64,000 bases of DNA from Paraphysomonas bandaiensis. Lineage: Eukaryota > Protista > Chrysophyceae. Made by a program: the position numbers and the translations under genes. The stretch spans positions 186,001 through 250,000 of the forward strand of contig CBFFRP010000363.1 in the NCBI GenBank assembly GCA_965644295.1. The letters are read 5' to 3'. Shown one piece after another: positions 36,874-49,334 of the stretch (position 1 is its first letter; the number at the start of each line of letters is the position of its first letter). Below the pieces are notes generated by a model, which worked only from the letters and a program-made list of their open reading frames with translations, was not told the DNA's origin and did not search any database.

Positions 36874-38487
36874 ATGAGTGATAACGGCGATGAGAGCACC
36901 AGCCAGGACAAGGTCCTGAATAATAAATGTATGTGGTTAGATAGATTACACACGTCACTAATGCAGCTGATAGCTTCAGATTTTCATGGCTTAAAAGGTC
37001 TGTTTCGATTGAGTTTGTGGATACCTACAGAGTCAGGTAGGTGTTATGTTGCGTATGATATGACGGCGTGTGATGTGTGTGTCTAGTGGGTAAAGTCATT
37101 GGAAAGAAAGGTGCAGTTATCACTCATATTCAGCGCGCTACGCAAACGGAAGTCGTTGTGCTGCCTATTCCACCTGAAAGCCAACCCTTATGGTCTCCAC
37201 TGTCTGTTACCGGCGAGCCTAGTCGCGCCCTCAGTGCGTATAATATGATTAATGATATAGTTGAAGGTAGGCATCTTTTATTTTTGTACGCGTAGCCCCA
37301 CAGTGTCGAATGGCAGAGATGGACGATGTCGTTGCTGAGTTTCACTATCCTCGGCACAAGATATACCATGGCCTATTTTATGGAAATCACCATGATGCAG
37401 TTAAGCGCCTATCAGCGGATACCAATGTGCGAATCAACGTTCCAGATGTGACATACGTGACATCGAGCCAGTTTATTAGTCTAGAGGGAGGTGCAGAGGG
37501 AGTGTTCAAGTACGCAGCACATTCCCCTTAACGTAATGTTGTAATTTCTCTATGTCTAATAGGGCGGTTGCAAAATTTGCGGAGGTAATGGGGGACTCTT
37601 CGTACACCTCGTACAAGTCCTCCCAGCAGGGGGAGACCGGAAAGGGCACTGATAGCCAGACAACGTGGAATGGTGAAAGCAAGTGTTATGAGCGCACCAT
37701 AGATATTCCTACTACCATAGTTGGTTTGCTTCTGGTCAGGCGTCACGCGGACGGTAACAATATTTACCAAATACGTTCACTGACGGGCACAGTGATCCGC
37801 AAGCTTGGTGGAGAGAAGGGGGGAAAGACAGAATCCGTGGAGGTAGAACATGACACTAATGAAACGGAAGAAAGCGACCGCCCATCGAAGCCAGGCCAAG
37901 ACGGTGGGCACGAGACGTTTAGCATCAGCGGAACTAACAAGGACGATGTTGACCTAGCGTATACCTGTTTGTCGCGTATCATCGACGGTGAGAAAATATA
38001 CACTGTCATAACTGACCTCAAGAACCAGAAAGGCCCTATTGGCACCGGGTCTAGCGACGACAAGTTCGCAGCCTCGTCGATTCGTGGCCGGGGGGGCAGA
38101 TTTAGTAGTCGAGGACGAGGAACAACGGGAGAGCCCGAAAAATGGTCTCGATCTGTTGCGGTCGGCGACGGTGAGGATCAGGGTGGAAAGACTCAGGCAG
38201 TTCACCAGGCACCACGAGAGGAAGACCACAGTGTGAGCGGGAGCAGTGGGGGGCGCAAGTCTGGAAGGTCTAGTCGAAAGACTAGGGGACGAGGAGCTCG
38301 GTTTGGCAGAGGCAGATCAGATGAGAGCAGTACAGGTGCGGCTGGGAGTGACAAGGAGGCTGTAAAGAATTCATCCTCCAATAAGGACAGAGAAAGCACA
38401 AGCACGAGACCGCATAGAGGAGGTGGGTCCAGTCGGGGGCGGGGCAGAGGGAAAGGAAAGGGACAATCAGAGTCATCTGCGCCCTAA
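36874..38487 (+). CDS. KH-domain RNA-binding protein with RGG-rich tail (multi-exon)
   Basis: VGKVIGKKGAVITHIQRATQTEV (canonical GxxG KH), two further degenerate KH-like blocks, RGRGGR tail. Confidence 0.85.
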
Positions 38488-38928
38488 GCGCAGATAAGCG
38501 TAGAGAGGGCGAGGCCGGCTGACTGGCTGTGTGGGATCGAAGGGTTATCTACAGTTCCTTGTACGTAATCTCTCTACAGATGAATAGCTAGTGTCTATTA
38601 TATACTACAGAGTATGTTTGTACTCCATGTCTGTTTCGGTTCCCACGTATGTTCCGACTATTATAGCCGATTCTGAACACAGTTGTTTAATCACTTAGCA
38701 GATGATAATCTCTGATAATCAGGAAAAGAATAAATACTATGAATTGTCATTTCATTCCTTTAACGTTGCAGCATGTATAAGTAATGTCGTTGTAGTATGA
38801 TACGTCATAAGCGTCATGTGCACAAACAATAATGCACAGGAAGAGCTTTAATTAAGGTAATGCCGACTCAGTATCAGGGCGAGGTAAAAATACATTAGAT
38901 TGTGATATGAATATTGCAAATTATTTAC

Positions 38929-39623
38929 CCTCAACAAAGTCAGACTCGCACCTTTTCGTGGTGTTCTGGGGGATAAGTACGGGAGAGATTCTCTCTGGGA
39001 AACTAACGTGAGCCGCAGACATAGTCAGCAGATATTTTTCTGTCCACTCATAGCTGAATGCTTGTGTGGTACAAGGGACACCAATAAGTGTCACTTGTGT
39101 ACACGTCTTTGGGTCTGACGTATAAACAGGCATCCGGGAATGGGCCCACCTCAAGGGCATCCGGGACAGGGCCAACCTGAAGGGTAACCGGGGTATTGCG
39201 CTGCCTGCTGAAGTCAAGCATCCGGGATGTTCACTTTAAGAACTCAGAGCGGAAGAGGTCCCACCTTGGTGCTTGCGGCGACGGACTCGCACCTTTTCGT
39301 GGTGTTCTGGGGGATAAGTACGGGAGAGATTCTCTCTGGGAAACTAACGTGAGCCGCAAACATAGTCAGCAGATATTTTTCTGTCCACTCATAGCTGAAT
39401 GCTTGTGTGGTATAAGGGACACCAATAAGTGTCACTTGTGTACACGTCTTTGGGTCTGACGTATAAACAGGCATCCGGGAATGGGCCCACCTCAAGGGCA
39501 TCCGGGAATGGGCCAACCTGAAGGGTAACCGGGGTATTGCGCTGCCTGCTGAAGTCAAGCATCCGGGATGTTCACCTTAAGAACTCAGAGCGGAAGAGGT
39601 TCCACCTTGGTGCTTGCGGCGAC
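38929..39623 (+). repeat. Dispersed repeat family A, two near-identical tandem copies (341-bp period)
   Basis: GACTCGCACCTTTTCGTGGTG...AAGAACTCAGAGCGGAAGAGG..GCGGCGAC repeated head-to-tail. Confidence 0.95.
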
Positions 39624-39772
39624 ACACAAGCAGCTTCCGTAGCGTTAAAGTAGGATATAAAAAATTGTGTACTGATTAGTTACAGGTAGAGGTCTAACTA
39701 GTGTGTCTAGCATTTATCTAGCTACTGTTGGTGTATGTTTTTAACACGCCATTTGCTAATAATAAGACTTAA
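39588..39772 (-). repeat. Dispersed repeat family B, 5' portion, abutting family A
   Basis: Reverse complement contains TTTAACGCTACGGAAGCTGCTTGTG and CTACCTGTAACTAA, as at about 26896-26965. Confidence 0.8.
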
Positions 39773-40403
39773 TTATTAATATTAGATTGCTGCAATATAT
39801 TTATTATTATTTTAGCAAAATTTGGCCTCGCAATATATTGCAATATATTAATATCGCCCCCTGCATCCTGCTTAGCATGGTGATTAGTGATTAGGTTCGC
39901 TTTGAACTAATAAGAAATAAGAATTATTAGATATTAGATACTATGTCCTATGTCAGTTCAGCTAGAAACGCCTAAATACTAAGAACGGAATAAAATACCA
40001 CGGATCTAATCAATCTTTATCGACAATATATAATATAATGTGGTATAGTGTATAGTATATATAGTGCAATATATCAATATATATAATATATATACAACAT
40101 ATTCTAGAAAATTCTTTACTAAATGACTGAATGAAATTATTACATTGTTGAAGCAAACTGCTTCTAATATTTATGCCAATATATACTAAACAGTATTATT
40201 ATTTGGTCATGCTAAAAATCTTCAACGGTCTGTAAAGCTGAGAAGTAAGCCAATGCTGGAATATAATGTTGATTGCGTACGAACTCTACTACAGAAGCAT
40301 CGCTCTATGGGAAATAAATAGCACCGATATATAAACAGCAGTATAACATGTAAAATAACAGTATATTAACAAGGAAATACTAATAAACAAGGAACTGATT
40401 GCT

Positions 40404-41132
40404 TCAAGGAGTGGGTGCGTGAAATGTAATCCGTGAAGGCTTTTTTGATTGATGTATATATCCATATACCACGAAGAGAGCTAACTGTGCTGTCGCAAGA
40501 AAGAGGCTAATCAAGTTTGGTATATAAGTACTGGCAGTGGGGTGAAGTATGACAGCATAAGAAAACCAGGTCACCGCATAGCACCAATTTATAACGCTAC
40601 AACAAAAATTTAGGAAAACCTCTTTCGATTACTATTGCTACCTTTTCAAGAGGCATATCGGAGACGTCGATTGCTCTACAAAAACGCTGGCTGCCGCACT
40701 CCACGGAAAACCCAGCACCAAGGTCATAACAAGAGAACTAATGAAGTCTGCTACAGACAAATAACCCACTATGGCAAAATAAAAAACAGTAAATGCCATA
40801 CATGTCCCAACTACATAGACATAAACATGTGATTTTTTGGAATATATCTGAAACACACAAGTTGTAAATGCGCCAACGATGACACCAAAGGCACTACACA
40901 TCATAGTCAACCCATCGTCAACAATGTATCCATAGATGAAACGCACTAGAAAACACATCATTAGAGAATAATACGTTGTAATAGACTGGCGTCCCACAGA
41001 CTTGTTTCGTAAGATATACAGTCCGTCTACTAAAAATGCTAAGTTGTATGCAATCGATAGTGCGGGTAATACGAACTCCAAGAACTCCGCCAAACTGAAC
41101 TCCGTATAGTCGATTTCAGTCTCTGTCGGCAT
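40404..41132 (-). CDS. SWEET/MtN3-like sugar transporter (2 exons)
   Basis: Two 3-TM repeats: ILRNKSVG..FIYGYIVDD and, after a short intron, TWFSYAV..YIPNLISLFLATAQLALFVVYG. Confidence 0.8.
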
Positions 41133-41723
41133 TATTATTATTATTGATTCTCAGGACATCTTCTCATAACTGACTGTTCCTATACAAACACTCTATTGAG
41201 TGGATCTAGTTAAGATAGTCGATGTGTACTCGTTATGGTGATATGTGCCAGTGTGCTGCCTGTGGATACACTGGCAAGATTTGAACAATGAGGTTTTGTT
41301 TGAAAGATCCGATCCAGAGTATGTGGTTTTGAGTGCAAAAAAGCTAAATACCATCGATATTTAGTTTTCAGAGTTGCTAATTTCAGAAAAAATGCATAGC
41401 CTTATAAGCCAATAATATCTATTCCATTGGTTGGAAATAGCTTCATGTTGGTCACCATATTTTCAGTTTGACTCAAGAAGATACCACGAAGTCAACATGT
41501 AACGGTTTTAAGTTATATTACTTGTATACATGTACACTATACATACATATACATACACCCGTATATGTCTATACACATACATACATATCCGCTTAGTTGG
41601 AATTTGCGTAACCAGACAGACAGCTAACAGCTGCATGCATTTGAAATAGACTAGACTGAATAGTGACCTTCCCACTCAATCCTGGAATAGATTCATTATT
41701 TTTCACTTTCCTTACTGTAAGTG

Positions 41724-44700
41724 ATGGGTCAAGTCTTTGGGGTTCCTGAGCCCCTCCCTGATTTTGTGACATTTGTCAACTGTAAGGCTTTGATCTTCTT
41801 AACTGACTGCTCTTATGATGTGTGTGTTGTATGACAGTACCTCGTGAAGCTATTGAAAGCTTATGGATGTCTTTTAATCTTCATGGAGACGGATGGGGTT
41901 TAGATTGCGATCAACTCAAAGAGATATTTCTGGGAGCGAAGTATATGAAAGACACGATCGGTACGTGCATATATATGATGCCGTTATTCGTCATAATGTT
42001 ATATCTCACAGGGTTTCAGCTTGATGATGTTGTTAAACTTTTCAAAACGTTTGATACTGATGGCAATGAATTGATTGATTCGCTTGAACTTCTTATTACT
42101 CTCGCTCTTGCTTCTGGTTGAATGAATGCTCTTTTTCGAGATTTTTTTAACGCTTTGTTTGTCAGGAATGGATACTATTGACAAGCTCTTGTTCTGCTTT
42201 AGTATGTACGATTTCGATCAATCAGGTGAATTAAGTAAAGATGAAGTGTCGCTTCTATTGAGAACTGCCGTTTTTGGCATGGGAAAAATATGCAATATTG
42301 TGCTTCCATCTTCTGATGATTTGGAGAAAACCACAGATTTAATATTCAAAGATGCCGACCGCTCAAAAGATCTCAAGCTGTCAATCTATGAGTTTCAAAC
42401 ATATTGCTGTATACATCCCGTGGTGTCGAGTTGGCTACGATATTATTCTTCTCTAGTTACGTCGTATAAGTGCCCTGAAGAAGGCCTGGACGATCCTGAT
42501 GTAAAGAACATGACCTTCACATACCCCGTTCAATGTAACAAGCTTGTTCGTGGGTCCAGTTTAAATTCTTATGCATTTGCTTCACCTGGAAAAGCATCAG
42601 TTAGTTCGACCACTGCTTTTGAGAGGCCATGGTTCAAAACTGCTGATTTGCTGTTGCCAGAGGAAGTTCCACAAGTACGTCCGGATCCTCCTGAAGATAT
42701 TCTGGAGCCTATATGGCTACATGGTCAACGGTGCTTTGATGCACGTGGGATGTTGCGCTACGGTAAAAATGGGAATATTCTTTTCATCACATCTGCTATT
42801 GGAGTCAACATGACAAAGGACCCTGAGAATGGCCTCTGGAACCAGAAGTTTATGTTCGACCACGATGCCCCTCTGACATGCCTTGACGTCGACAACTCAT
42901 TAAATTTAGTCGCAACAGCTGATCGTGTTGATGGAGCCCTTGGGGGAAACCAAGGAGAAGCCAAAATTATATTTTGGGACTCAACTACAAACTCTCAGGT
43001 CGGATCTATATCTGTCACAGGATGTAGAGGTATTCGCTATCTGGACTTCTCCCCAGATGCAAAGTACCTAATCTGCCTGTCTACGGATGAACAAAATTTT
43101 CTCATGATGTATGAAGTTTCAACTCTGAAAATGGTGTACTCTGCATACTTAGGTAGTGCTAAGATTATGGATATGAAGTTTACTTACTCGGAAAACATGT
43201 TTGCGGTTGCTGGTGCCGAGGGGATAGATATTTTCACTGAGGAGGGTGGGAGCTACATGTCCTCAAACGGAATGAAAATTTACGAGAAAAGATCCGGCTT
43301 GTTTCAAGCCGTTGGTCGAGATGCTGCTGGTGTCGTGATGTCCTGTCTGAGTGAATTTGAGAGACCAGATGAAATGGTTAGCGGTAATGTAAAAGGACAT
43401 GTATTATTTTGGCGAGGCAGAAACTGTCTGCAACTTCTCAAGGCCCACAATGGAGCAGTAACTTCGATATCTTATAATCACGGCTGTAGGAAACTTGTGT
43501 CTGGTGGGCGGGATGGAAAAATAAATTTATACAAAGTTGTTGAGGAACAGAAGCGGCCCGGGACTGCTAATCGCCGTAGGAATTCTTTCCAAGCCCAGCC
43601 TCAGAATGTTGGACGCACAATAGAGATTGTGGTGAGCTTTGATATGATTGGAGTTGATGCTGTGTGTCCGGAGGTTCGATCTGTCTGTCTCTGGGAAGAC
43701 GGTAGGAAAGTACTTGTGGGGGCTGCAAGTGGTGAAATCTTTGAGATATCTTGTGTGGGTGCGACTACAGATACGCCCACGAACACTGCGGATGAAGAGG
43801 ATGGAGAAAAAGTCTTGCGTGTAGGCGACGATGTTAACGGTGGACCACTTCTTCGTACACACTGGGAGAAGTCCACCCAGCCGGCTGTGTATGGACTGTG
43901 TAAACTTGCAGCTGGCGGATTTTTGTCATGTGGATCGGATGGAATGATTCGTCAGTGGCAGACTGGAGATGAAACACCGCACAAAGAAGTCAAGCATGCC
44001 GCGCTGGAGTCTGGGCTGCGGTGTATTGCTACTTCTGCGGCGAATATAGCTGTCGGTATGGACGGATCCATGAACAAAGAGCTCAATGGAACTGTTAAGA
44101 TATTGACCCAGGAAGATTTTAAGTCTGTGGCAGATTTGAACGACGCGACAGACATGATTACAGCTATTTCCTTCTCGCCTGACGGAAGCACTTTGGCTGC
44201 TGCATCAGCTGACAAAAATATTTATGTGTACGCCGTTACTGAAGGGGAATGGACTCTAAAGGGTGCATGTACAGGACACTGTGGAGGAGTGATGAACATT
44301 GACTTTTCCACTGATGGACAATTTATTCGTTCCAGCGATAAAACAGAGGAGCTTATAATATGGGATGTTATTGTCAACTTCGGATCTGAAGTGACTGATC
44401 CAGAAATATTGAAGCCGGTTGCATGGGCAACTAACACGGTTCCGTTGTGTTGGGATCTGAAAGGTGCTTTTGACAGTCTACGTGAGGGTGAAACAGTCCA
44501 GTGTGTTGATCGGATGCATCACCTTGCTGTGCTCGGTCTATCATCTGGAGCCATGCTGTTGTGTCGTATTCCTGCAACAGTAAGTCATGACCACCGACGA
44601 GAGGAAGCCCACTGTGGTCGCGTGTCATCTGTGTGTTTTATTGACGATGGCGCTCGCATGGTAACTGCTGGTGCAGAAGATGGACTTATCCAAGTCTGGA

Positions 44701-47700
44701 AGGCTGTGTATGATTTTGATGAGCTTGAGGTAACTGAAGCTACAGAGAAGGGCGACGAGGATGAGGAAGAAGGCGAGCTTGACTTGGAGCGGGATGTGTA
44801 TTATGACAGTGGCGAAGATGAAGATGCTATGGAGATAACAGAGCGGCTTGTTGGGAGCGATGCTTTGCGTTGCAGAATTCGTAACAGTATGCTTACTGAG
44901 AAATCTGAAAACGACGGTGTTAAGCCTGTGTCTGCTAGTCAAAAATCTGTCGGCCAAGGAAGCGAAAGTGGTGATGCGGAAGAAGGAAATTTTCGCCCGA
45001 AAACTGCCCTGGAGATTGTGGAAGAATTTGAAGCTAATTCATTTGTGTATGACAACTCGAATTCCGTCGAGGCCAATTGGTTGGAAGCCAATCCATGGGC
45101 TAAAAAGCTACAAATCGATGAGGAGAGTCTCGTGCATGCTGCCAGTGTACCGCCCCCTGGCGCAGAGATTCAGTTAGAGTGGATATATGGTTATTCTGGC
45201 CGCAATACTCGCTCCTCTGTCCATTATAGTGCCGCTGGAGATATTGTTTATCCTGTCTCAACTGTTGCAGTAGTGCTGAATAAAGTCAAAGGCGTGCAAA
45301 CTCACTCAATGAACCACTCTGATGAAATTACGTGCTTGGATGTGCACCATGCTTCTGGTAAAGCTGTAACCGGACAACGATCGTCTGAGTATGTCTTTGC
45401 TTGTGTATGGGCAACAGATACAGGCATATGTGTTCGTAGACTTAATTGTGGAGCCGTAAATGCAGCATCAGCCATTTGTTTTTCTCCCAATGGAGAGTTT
45501 GTGGCTGTAGCTTGTCAGGACTTAACCCATAGCATTATTATTTTCGACTGGATCAACAATGTGCTGAAGTGTCGTGTTCCTGGTGGTACGTGCAAGGTGT
45601 TGGACCTGGTGTTTAGTGTAGCGACTGGTGATACATCTGGTACGCAACGATTGCTGCAGGTTGGTCTTGGCCACTACCATATATTAAAAATCAAAGGTCG
45701 ACAAATGTCTTCGAAGAGAGGAAAGTTCGGTGGTACAAAGCAGAACGTCCTCTGTGCAGCTGCGCTACCACTTTCCACCGCCGAAGGCAACGAGTTCGCC
45801 ATCGGTCTTGAAGATGGTTCAGTTGCTATCATTGCCCGTGGCGAAAAGGTAATCAGCAACTCTGCCCCGATTCATACAAAAGCTGTAACAGCAATGTGTG
45901 CTGTCAAGCTTACTGACGGAAATGCTGATGAGAATTGTACTTACAAAATTATAACGGGCGGTGTTGACGGCATGATTAAAGTCTTAAGCCAGGACTTGGA
46001 ACCTCTCTCTGAGTATAATGTATACAAAGAGAGCTACGGCCTTTACATTTTGGGTAAATGCAGAGGAATTAAATCGCTGTGCGTAGACAAGTCTTGCCGA
46101 AAAATTCTTTATGGAACGTCAGGAGGTGAAATAGCGGAAATTGATATTAATGATGGAAGTGATTTGAATGGAGGTCCTCTTGTCAGCAGTCACTGTCGTG
46201 ATGAGCTCAATGGTATGGTCACGCACCCAATGAAGTTTGAAGCAGCTTCTGTTGGTGATGATAAGACGTTGCGTGTGTGGCATCTGGAGAAGAAGAAGTT
46301 GATGGCAATGTTAGAGCTTCCCGATATTGCCCGGACGGTGTGTTATTCTCCCACAGGTCAAATCATCGCCGTGGGACTCGGTGGTCACGTTCCTGGCGAA
46401 AATAGAGTGCCGAGGAAGTGCGATGGACGTGTTGTGATTGTATCATATATGCAAGGATCTTTGCGTATTGTCCATGAAATTTCTGATAGCCAGAAGCCAA
46501 TTTCTTGTCTAGCTTTTAACGCTGATGGGTCGGAGTTATATGTTGGCTCGGAGGATTGCAAGGTTTACGTGTACAACATTCACGAAGACTTTAGTAAAAC
46601 TTTTGTCTTTGGCCAACACACTGCTGGCATTACTGGCATCGACATTTCGGAGGATGGGAAAGTGCTCGCAACGTGTGACATGTTTAACAATGTAATATAC
46701 TGGGACCAGTCCGATGAAGATAGGAGAGGCGAAGTTTTAGACGATGAGAAGATCCGAAAGATTCTTCCAAACACGAAGTGGTATGTACGTCAGAATATTT
46801 TAGGCCTGGATTCCATTGGAGTACAGAAAGTTCCATTTGAAATGGGAAGTGTTCTCTGTCTATCGCAATCTCGAGATCGCTCATTATTGGCCACTGGAGA
46901 TTCTCATGGTGGATTGTCATTGTTTCACAGCCCTTGCTCCAAACCTTGTGCTCCTTTCACTGAAATGATTGGTCATTCTCCTGGTGGCATATCTCGTGTC
47001 TCATTCTCTAGTAAAGACAAATATGTGCTGACTGCTGGAAAATACGATCGTGCTTTATTCCAGTGGAAACTGGAGAAATGTGCTGCTGATGAAGGAGAGG
47101 TATTACCATCTCGACCTACAACTACCATGAAAATGTTAGAAAAAATGGGAACTGCGAAGGAGATTGATGCGATGAGAGAAGTTACGCCACTTAGCTTTGG
47201 TGATGACTCCATGCTCATAAACGGTGTTAATTTTGCGAAAGACAGTTGTCCTGATTTACCAAACGTCAAGCCTCACAGTCTGTCGGTCTTGGGATTGTCA
47301 TGTGCATCATTTACTAAGCAATTTACACGACTACCTCAAGGATACTATTGTGGCTCTGGTGATGTAATTACTTGTGCAGGAGCGCTCCCTGTGGCTATAA
47401 GCTCCAACCGCACTGTACAAAATCACTGGCAGATTCCGAAAAATGAGTTTGGATTCAGTGAAGACATTGGTGTTGTAGCGGTTAGTGTTGATGGAAGAAC
47501 AGTTGCTGTGTGTGAAAAAGCACCTGGACTAGTGAATCCATCCGAATCTGCTGAGAAATTTCAAGGAAGACAATTTGTTTTTAATGGGTCCACTGGTATG
47601 ATTCTGAGTGAGCTACCGGGTACCATCAAAGGAGGTGTGATATCCGCTGCATTTTCCCATGATTCCCATTCTTTAGCTTGTGTGGGATGCTGTGCGCATC

Positions 47701-49334
47701 ATTCGTTAACAATATTCCATTCTGTGGAGGGTAATTGGAAGGATCCCGAAAAGCTCTTCCACGGACAGGTAGATGTTAATCCCGTCACCCTTGTGGCTTC
47801 TATCATGCAGTCCCCGACCAATATGGAGTTTCAATTTGCCACTGCTGGGCGTGGGCGATTGAGATTCTGGAAAGTACGTGGCCGGAACGCTGTATCATCT
47901 CCCTGTGATGTATCTGGCCCAATGGAAACAACTACGTCTATGGTTTCCATTGATACAGGCAAGCTCATCACTGGTGATTCAGCTGGAAGTATATCATTAT
48001 GGGATGGAAAGTCGTGCACTAGAAGTATTCCTATGGCACATTCTAATCGTGTGTCGGCACTATGTTATTTCAATTCTGCTCAGGGCAGCAAAGTGGGGCA
48101 TGTTGGGTTTATGAGTGCCTCGTGTGATGCGATTAAGGTTTGGAATTTGAGCATGGAGGTTGTGCAGGAATTTTCCTTGGTTGATGTTATGTTTCGTGTT
48201 AATAGAGTAGTAGATAGTACATACGTTACCTCCATGTGCACTGACGGAGTTTTCAAGCGTCTTCTTATTACCCTATCCAATTCTGTTATTGCGGAGGTAT
48301 CTATTGACTCGGGTGCGGTGATGCTATTGACAGAAGGCCACACGAGTGGAAGTTTCGTTGCGATTGCCGCTCACCCTAAGGAACCACGAATCCTTGTTAC
48401 GGGTGGATATGACGGTTGGTTGAAATGTTGGGATATCCGTAGTCAAGCGGCATTAGAAATTATGAACATGGGAGAGCCAATTAGTTCGATAGTATTCCGC
48501 GAAGATGGGTTGTCGTTTGCAATGTCTCTCAATGACACCGTTCTCGTAATGGAGTTTGATGCGTTTGCTGCATCTAAATTTAAAGTTCTGCATAAAATCT
48601 CCAAGGTTGGGGAAGGAAAGCTGCCTCTTCTCAGGTATTCACCAGACGAGTCTTGTCTTGCTGTTGGAAGTGCTGATGGTCATATTTATATTCTGGATGT
48701 GGACAACAAATATACTAAAATAAGTAGCTTGAAGGGACATTCCCGTGCAATTGAAGGATTTGATTTCTCAAAATCTGGAAAGTATTTACGTTCTTTTTCA
48801 CGTGACCCAGACAATGAAGCGGCAGTTCGTACCCTATTTCATCTCGTAGAAAAAGGATCCATGTCGACCTATGAATTGATTGATCAATCTGATGACCTCA
48901 TCCCTCTCACTCGGGCTACATGGAAGACCGTCTCCTCACCTGCTGCCCCTGAGGGCCGTGGAATGCGAGTATCGGAGCGGCAGATGGCAGCGACACCAAT
49001 CCCTGTAATAGTGACAAGTACTGCCGTTAGCGTTGACGGAGTCTTGCTTGCTGTTGGGTACTCAGATGGAAATGTTAAAGTTTTCAGGTATATATGCACA
49101 TAGTTCATGGATATTTTCTTATAGTTTGTACATAGGAACCCTGCTTGTTCTTTGGATGCGGAGTCAATTGATTTGGTTGGGCACGCTAAAGGTGGAGTTG
49201 CATGCAGCTTTAGTGCTGACGGAAAGTATCTATATACCGCAGGATCGATGGATGGATCTGTTATCGTTTGGGAGATATGTAAAATCAACAGGAAGAAATT
49301 CCCATTAGGTCGTTTAAGTTCGTTTGAATTCTAG
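41724..49334 (+). CDS. EML/EMAP-like WD40 protein with N-terminal EF-hand domain (about 2500 aa, 5 exons)
   Basis: MGQ start; EF-hands DTDGNELIDSLE, DFDQSGELSKDE, DRSKDLKLSIYE; HELP-type motifs LEPIWLHG and LEWIYGYSGRNTR; many WD40 repeats; last intron at about 49088-49136. Confidence 0.9.

Noticed and set aside
38929-39246. Hammerhead, HDV or twister ribozyme (retrozyme-like) in family A
   Set aside because: CTGACGA occurs only in the 61-kb copy and has no properly placed GAAA/stem III. An HDV-like P3/L3 look-alike lacks a matching P1. Not supportable by eye.
38921-39558. Duplicated ORFs MTSAGSAIPRL... in repeat family A
   Set aside because: Non-ATG starts, frame not kept in the 61-kb copy (indels), no recognisable domain.
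39790-39862. MITE defined by CAATATATTGCAAT motifs (also near 7235 and 17330)
   Set aside because: Short, AT-rich and palindromic matches with no paired ends or TSD.
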